From Promethearchaeota archaeon (GTDB lineage Archaea > Asgardarchaeota > Lokiarchaeia > Sigyniarchaeales > SOKP01), in NCBI GenBank assembly GCA_019058245.1, contig JAHPZJ010000006.1, positions 32,001 to 96,000 of the forward strand: DNA of 64,000 bases. The letters are read 5' to 3'. Positions 60,668-64,000 of the stretch are shown in pieces. Both the position numbers and the translations under genes were made by a program. Below the pieces are notes generated by a model that ran no database searches, was not told where the DNA came from, and was given only the letters and a program-made list of their open reading frames with translations. How positions within the stretch are numbered: the first letter of the stretch is position 1; every line of letters begins with the position of its first letter.

Positions 60668-61597
60668 CTATAGGATATCAAATGCTTTTATTACTTTACT
60701 AATTTGATTATCCTCTATTATGGGTATATACTTTCGTTCTTCCTTAAACATTTTTTGAGCAGTATCTTCTACAGTATAGTTTTTGTCAATCGAAATTACA
60801 TCTTCTAATTTTGTTAAAAATCCTTCTATTTTTATAAGATCAGAAAGCATTTGTTCAAAAAGATTGAAGTCCTCTGCAAATTTCTTCTTGTATTCAAGAT
60901 AAAAATCTATTATTTCACACACATCTGATTTAGTAATAATTCCTAAATCAATCTCAGCCCTTCTACTGGGAATATCCGCAAAAGAAAAAAGTTCATTAGC
61001 TTCTATAATTTCAGATTTGCGATTAATAGATCCAATCAGGTCTTTTTCTGCTTCCTCCCCTCTCACAACAAGAATATCAGTTTTTTTTTTACTGAGTTTA
61101 TAAATAGCTTCTTTAAAAAGAAATCGTGTTTCAATTTTATCAATAGGTTTAACACCCATATGATCTGAAATTTTCCTCCTTCCTTTTTGTCTAAACGCAT
61201 AATAAATAAATTCACAAAAGAGACCTACAATTATTCCTAATAAAATGATTCCTGCTAATCTATTTATTCCGCTTTCTGATAAGATTGGTATATCAAAAAT
61301 GTTCATCTCAGGGAAAAATAGGAATAGATAAACAACTATCCACGATGCAAATATCCTTCTTATCCCTACTCTCTCTTTTGGTTCTAATCCTTCTAATAGT
61401 ATCACAAATATGCTAGTTAAACTTGCCATACTCCAAGCTAGATACCATTCCTTTATAAAAACGGGTAAATATACTTGAACTATAGAAAAACCAATAAATA
61501 CAATAAATGCTAAGGTTGCCCATCCATGTCTTTTTATAAAACTGAAAAATTTTTTTATTCGATTTTTCTTCTTATTTTCATTATTTATTTCATTCAT
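60668..61597 (-). CDS. 4-TM membrane protein with C-terminal CBS-pair-like region
   Basis: Hydrophobic N-terminal half; LGIITKSD and TVEDT.Q.M......IPII....I..VI...DIL CBS-like motifs. Confidence 0.6.
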   Translation of the reverse strand: MNEINNENKKKNRIKKFFSFIKRHGWATLAFIVFIGFSIVQVYLPVFIKEWYLAWSMASLTSIFVILLEGLEPKERVGIRRIFASWIVVYLFLFFPEMNIFDIPILSESGINRLAGIILLGIIVGLFCEFIYYAFRQKGRRKISDHMGVKPIDKIETRFLFKEAIYKLSKKKTDILVVRGEEAEKDLIGSINRKSEIIEANELFSFADIPSRRAEIDLGIITKSDVCEIIDFYLEYKKKFAEDFNLFEQMLSDLIKIEGFLTKLEDVISIDKNYTVEDTAQKMFKEERKYIPIIEDNQISKVIKAFDIL

Positions 61598-61824
61598 TAG
61601 TTATTTCCACCAAGTTTTTATTTATCTATTATTTTATTCCATAAATAGTTTACATGAATAGATTTAAGCTGGATTGTTGGATTTTCATTAGAGTTCTTCA
61701 AATTATTAGTAATATGATTATAAAATTATTTTTTTTATAAAGCAAGTTAAACATAAATTTTATCGTAAACTAATTTAGAATATATTTTAAAATTGATATA
61801 ATAATATTAGCTAAAAGGATCAAG

Positions 61825-62418
61825 ATGAAAGTAAAATCTAATATTGATAAGCTAATACCTCCTCAGAAAGATCTTTTATTAAATGAAATTGGAATAATTA
61901 ACCAAAAAATTAAAAAATTTGATGATTATTCTTATATAATTAAAGGCTGGACTATCACTTTATAGTCTGGATTTACTTCTCTATTCTTAATCAATATAAT
62001 CTCTAATTCATTGTCAGAATTTACCCTATATATACCAGCTGCAATAGCATTTTTCTTCTGGGGTCTTGATGGTATCTCAAAAAAATACCAACGATTTTCT
62101 ATAGTAAGAAATATGGAGGTGGAAGACTTTCTTAATGATAAACTTTCAGAGGATTATGAATTCTATATTTATGATGCTGTGGCACGACTTAGTAGAGAAA
62201 ACAAATTATTCAAGACAAATTATATTCATAAAACAAAATTTTGGAAATGTTTTCTTGTTAGAAGTGTAAGTTTATTGTATCAAGTTCTAATCACAGTTAC
62301 ATTCTTTCTGGGGATTTTTTTTATTCCTAATTACGTAATTGTTAACCTAATTTTCAGTGTGTCTTTTTTGATCTTTTTTAGTCTTTGTTGGCACTTCAGT
62401 CATAAAAGAAAGTTTTAA
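61825..62418 (+). pseudogene. Membrane protein gene interrupted by a single in-frame TAG at 61963-61965 (pseudogene or read-through)
   Basis: The ATG at 61825 reads MKVKSNIDKLIPPQKDLLLNEIGIINQKIKKFDDYSYIIKGWTITL*SGFTSLFLINIISNS and continues in frame into the 62011..62418 ORF (FWGLDG..K.YQR). Confidence 0.75.
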
Positions 62419-62471
62419 ATTTGGAGAGGTTTAATAGAGCTTCAAGATGTAACTCATCAAAAACTTAAATC

Positions 62472-63236
62472 TTAATTCTCATCACTTAAGGGTATTGTAA
62501 ACCATAAATTTTCTTCTTTATCAACAGGATATAGTAGACTCCTTTCATGTCTAGATTCTTCGTCAGTAAACGTTTCTCGAGTAAGATAAGAAATTAAATT
62601 CGAAATGAAAAAAGTGAAACTCAAATTTTCCAATTGATAAACCGAATACATGATGTGATTTGGTGGGCCCCATAATTTAAGAAAAATATTATTATTTAAT
62701 GATATATGATTAAGATAATTACCACTTATTCTATCAGCTTTTACCTTATCCCTTATATATTGTTCTGAATAATCCCCTTCAAAAGAAAATATCCCATTAA
62801 AAATCTTACGATCTGGAAATGTTATAGATAAGAATTTTCCGATTTTATTCATTTTCTTAATAATTTGGTTTAATCTTTGATTTTTTGCATTTGTTTTAAC
62901 TTCTATTACCGCTCTAACGGAGTTTGGACTTACGATATAAAATTCTCCTTCATTGAATAAAACAGGAAAATTGTTGTCTATTATTAAAATATCTATTTGT
63001 GTGGAGCTTTGAACTTGATGATTTTCAATCTTTACAACAAATCCAGTGCCTATTGTGAAAGATTTTGGAATTACTCGTCTAAGGATATTTCTCAAAAAAG
63101 ATTCTTTATAAGCACCTTCTTGTCCCCAATTGGCATCCCCTATTAGATTTCTAACCCTATCTTTGATTGCTGTAATTTCAAGAGCGATAGATTTATAAAA
63201 TCTCTCTAAATTAGATAGATTACTATTATCAGACAT
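62472..63236 (-). CDS. DUF6602/NucC-like PD-(D/E)xK endonuclease
   Basis: G...E..LR..L...IP..F.I.TGFV, S.QIDI.I.D, V.AVIEVKT. Confidence 0.75.
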   Translation of the reverse strand: MSDNSNLSNLERFYKSIALEITAIKDRVRNLIGDANWGQEGAYKESFLRNILRRVIPKSFTIGTGFVVKIENHQVQSSTQIDILIIDNNFPVLFNEGEFYIVSPNSVRAVIEVKTNAKNQRLNQIIKKMNKIGKFLSITFPDRKIFNGIFSFEGDYSEQYIRDKVKADRISGNYLNHISLNNNIFLKLWGPPNHIMYSVYQLENLSFTFFISNLISYLTRETFTDEESRHERSLLYPVDKEENLWFTIPLSDEN

Positions 63237-63238
63237 TT

Positions 63239-64000
63239 TTATTGATTCATATCAATTACTGATGTAATTATATTTTTAAGTGTCTCTTTATACTTTTCAA
63301 TATGTTCAAGTTTTAATGGAAACGCTAAAACAATTGTTTCTTGCCTATCACTATGCGTGCTAGGGGTTACTCCAATTTCATTAAGTTGATCAGTGATCAA
63401 GTCCATGTCCTCATCTAAAATTTTAATATCTACGGTTGTATAATTAGATTTTCTCGGATGGAGCCATAAACAATTTCTTAATTCGGTTCCAACAGCAATA
63501 TGATATTTATTATAGGTAATTTTTGTATCTTTCTCATAACAATTTTTAAACATTTCAATAACTTTTTCTGAGATTAGTAATGCTTTTTCAAATCCCGATT
63601 TTTGTTCCCAATAGGATCTCCCTACTTCTTCTGCTTGAATCTCTATATCATCCTCTGGTGTTTCATAAATATCCAGAATTTTCATAAAATCTAAAGTAAA
63701 ATTATCTCCTACTTGTAATGCGTTTAACTGAATTGCTATGATAGGAATGGATTTATTCATTAAAGAAATAACATTAAAAAATCTATTTGTTATTTCTTCA
63801 GCAATTATTACAGCACGATGTTCATAATTAGGATTTTTACTTTTTTCAAGATCCCAGTATTCGATAGTCCTAATGATGTGACTAGGATCTGTTTTCCCTA
63901 ATTGAATTTCAACCTCATAAAGCGTTTTGGTATCTGGATCTGATAATAAAAAATCCATTCTTCCTCCACTTGACTGAGTATGTTCCCTTCTAATTACCAT
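63239..64000 (-). CDS. Restriction-endonuclease-fold (NucS/Mrr-like) protein, probably 5'-truncated by window
   Basis: E....GGRMDFL...YEVEIQLG..D.SH..R.IEY, AVIIAE; C-terminal domain (YNK.HI, WLHP) resembling DUF5655/DUF4268. Confidence 0.7.
   Translation of the reverse strand: MVIRREHTQSSGGRMDFLLSDPDTKTLYEVEIQLGKTDPSHIIRTIEYWDLEKSKNPNYEHRAVIIAEEITNRFFNVISLMNKSIPIIAIQLNALQVGDNFTLDFMKILDIYETPEDDIEIQAEEVGRSYWEQKSGFEKALLISEKVIEMFKNCYEKDTKITYNKYHIAVGTELRNCLWLHPRKSNYTTVDIKILDEDMDLITDQLNEIGVTPSTHSDRQETIVLAFPLKLEHIEKYKETLKNIITSVIDMNQ

Noticed and set aside
1-64000. tRNA/rRNA genes and transposases
   Set aside because: No GC-rich cloverleaf or T-loop-containing intergenic segment and no transposase/integrase motifs seen by eye; tRNAscan-SE/Infernal would be needed to exclude them formally.

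Overview
AT-rich, gene-dense archaeal chromosome segment, most likely from an Asgard archaeon (Lokiarchaeia-like). This is inferred from the archaeal information genes (Rpo3/RpoD, eL18, uL13, uS9, thermosome, archaeal TrpRS and TrmI) together with four small-GTPase-family genes (MglA-like, GTPase-wHTH, Arf/Rag-like with a C-terminal extension, degenerate Rab-like) and a eukaryote-like PPP phosphatase. Main blocks: (i) lipid/redox accessory genes at 0.7-15 kb; (ii) a tightly packed minus-strand operon hdrC-hdrB-hdrA(N)-hdrA(C)-mvhD-hdrA::mvhD-metV-metF followed by an Lrp regulator at 16-27 kb; (iii) housekeeping genes at 29-52 kb (pckG, thermosome, trpS, trmI, glyA, rpoD-rpl18e-rpl13-rps9, aroA, aroC); (iv) a Clp1-like kinase followed by a circularly permuted ATP-grasp ligase closely coupled to an M14 peptidase at 52-56 kb; (v) an orphan adenine methyltransferase, the PPP phosphatase and the start of a probable defence island (TAG-interrupted membrane gene, two PD-(D/E)xK nucleases) at 57-64 kb. 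I saw no tRNA, rRNA, CRISPR array or transposase. All family calls come from motif recognition by eye; no database search was run. The best candidate for an undescribed system is the permuted ATP-grasp + M14 ligase/hydrolase pair.
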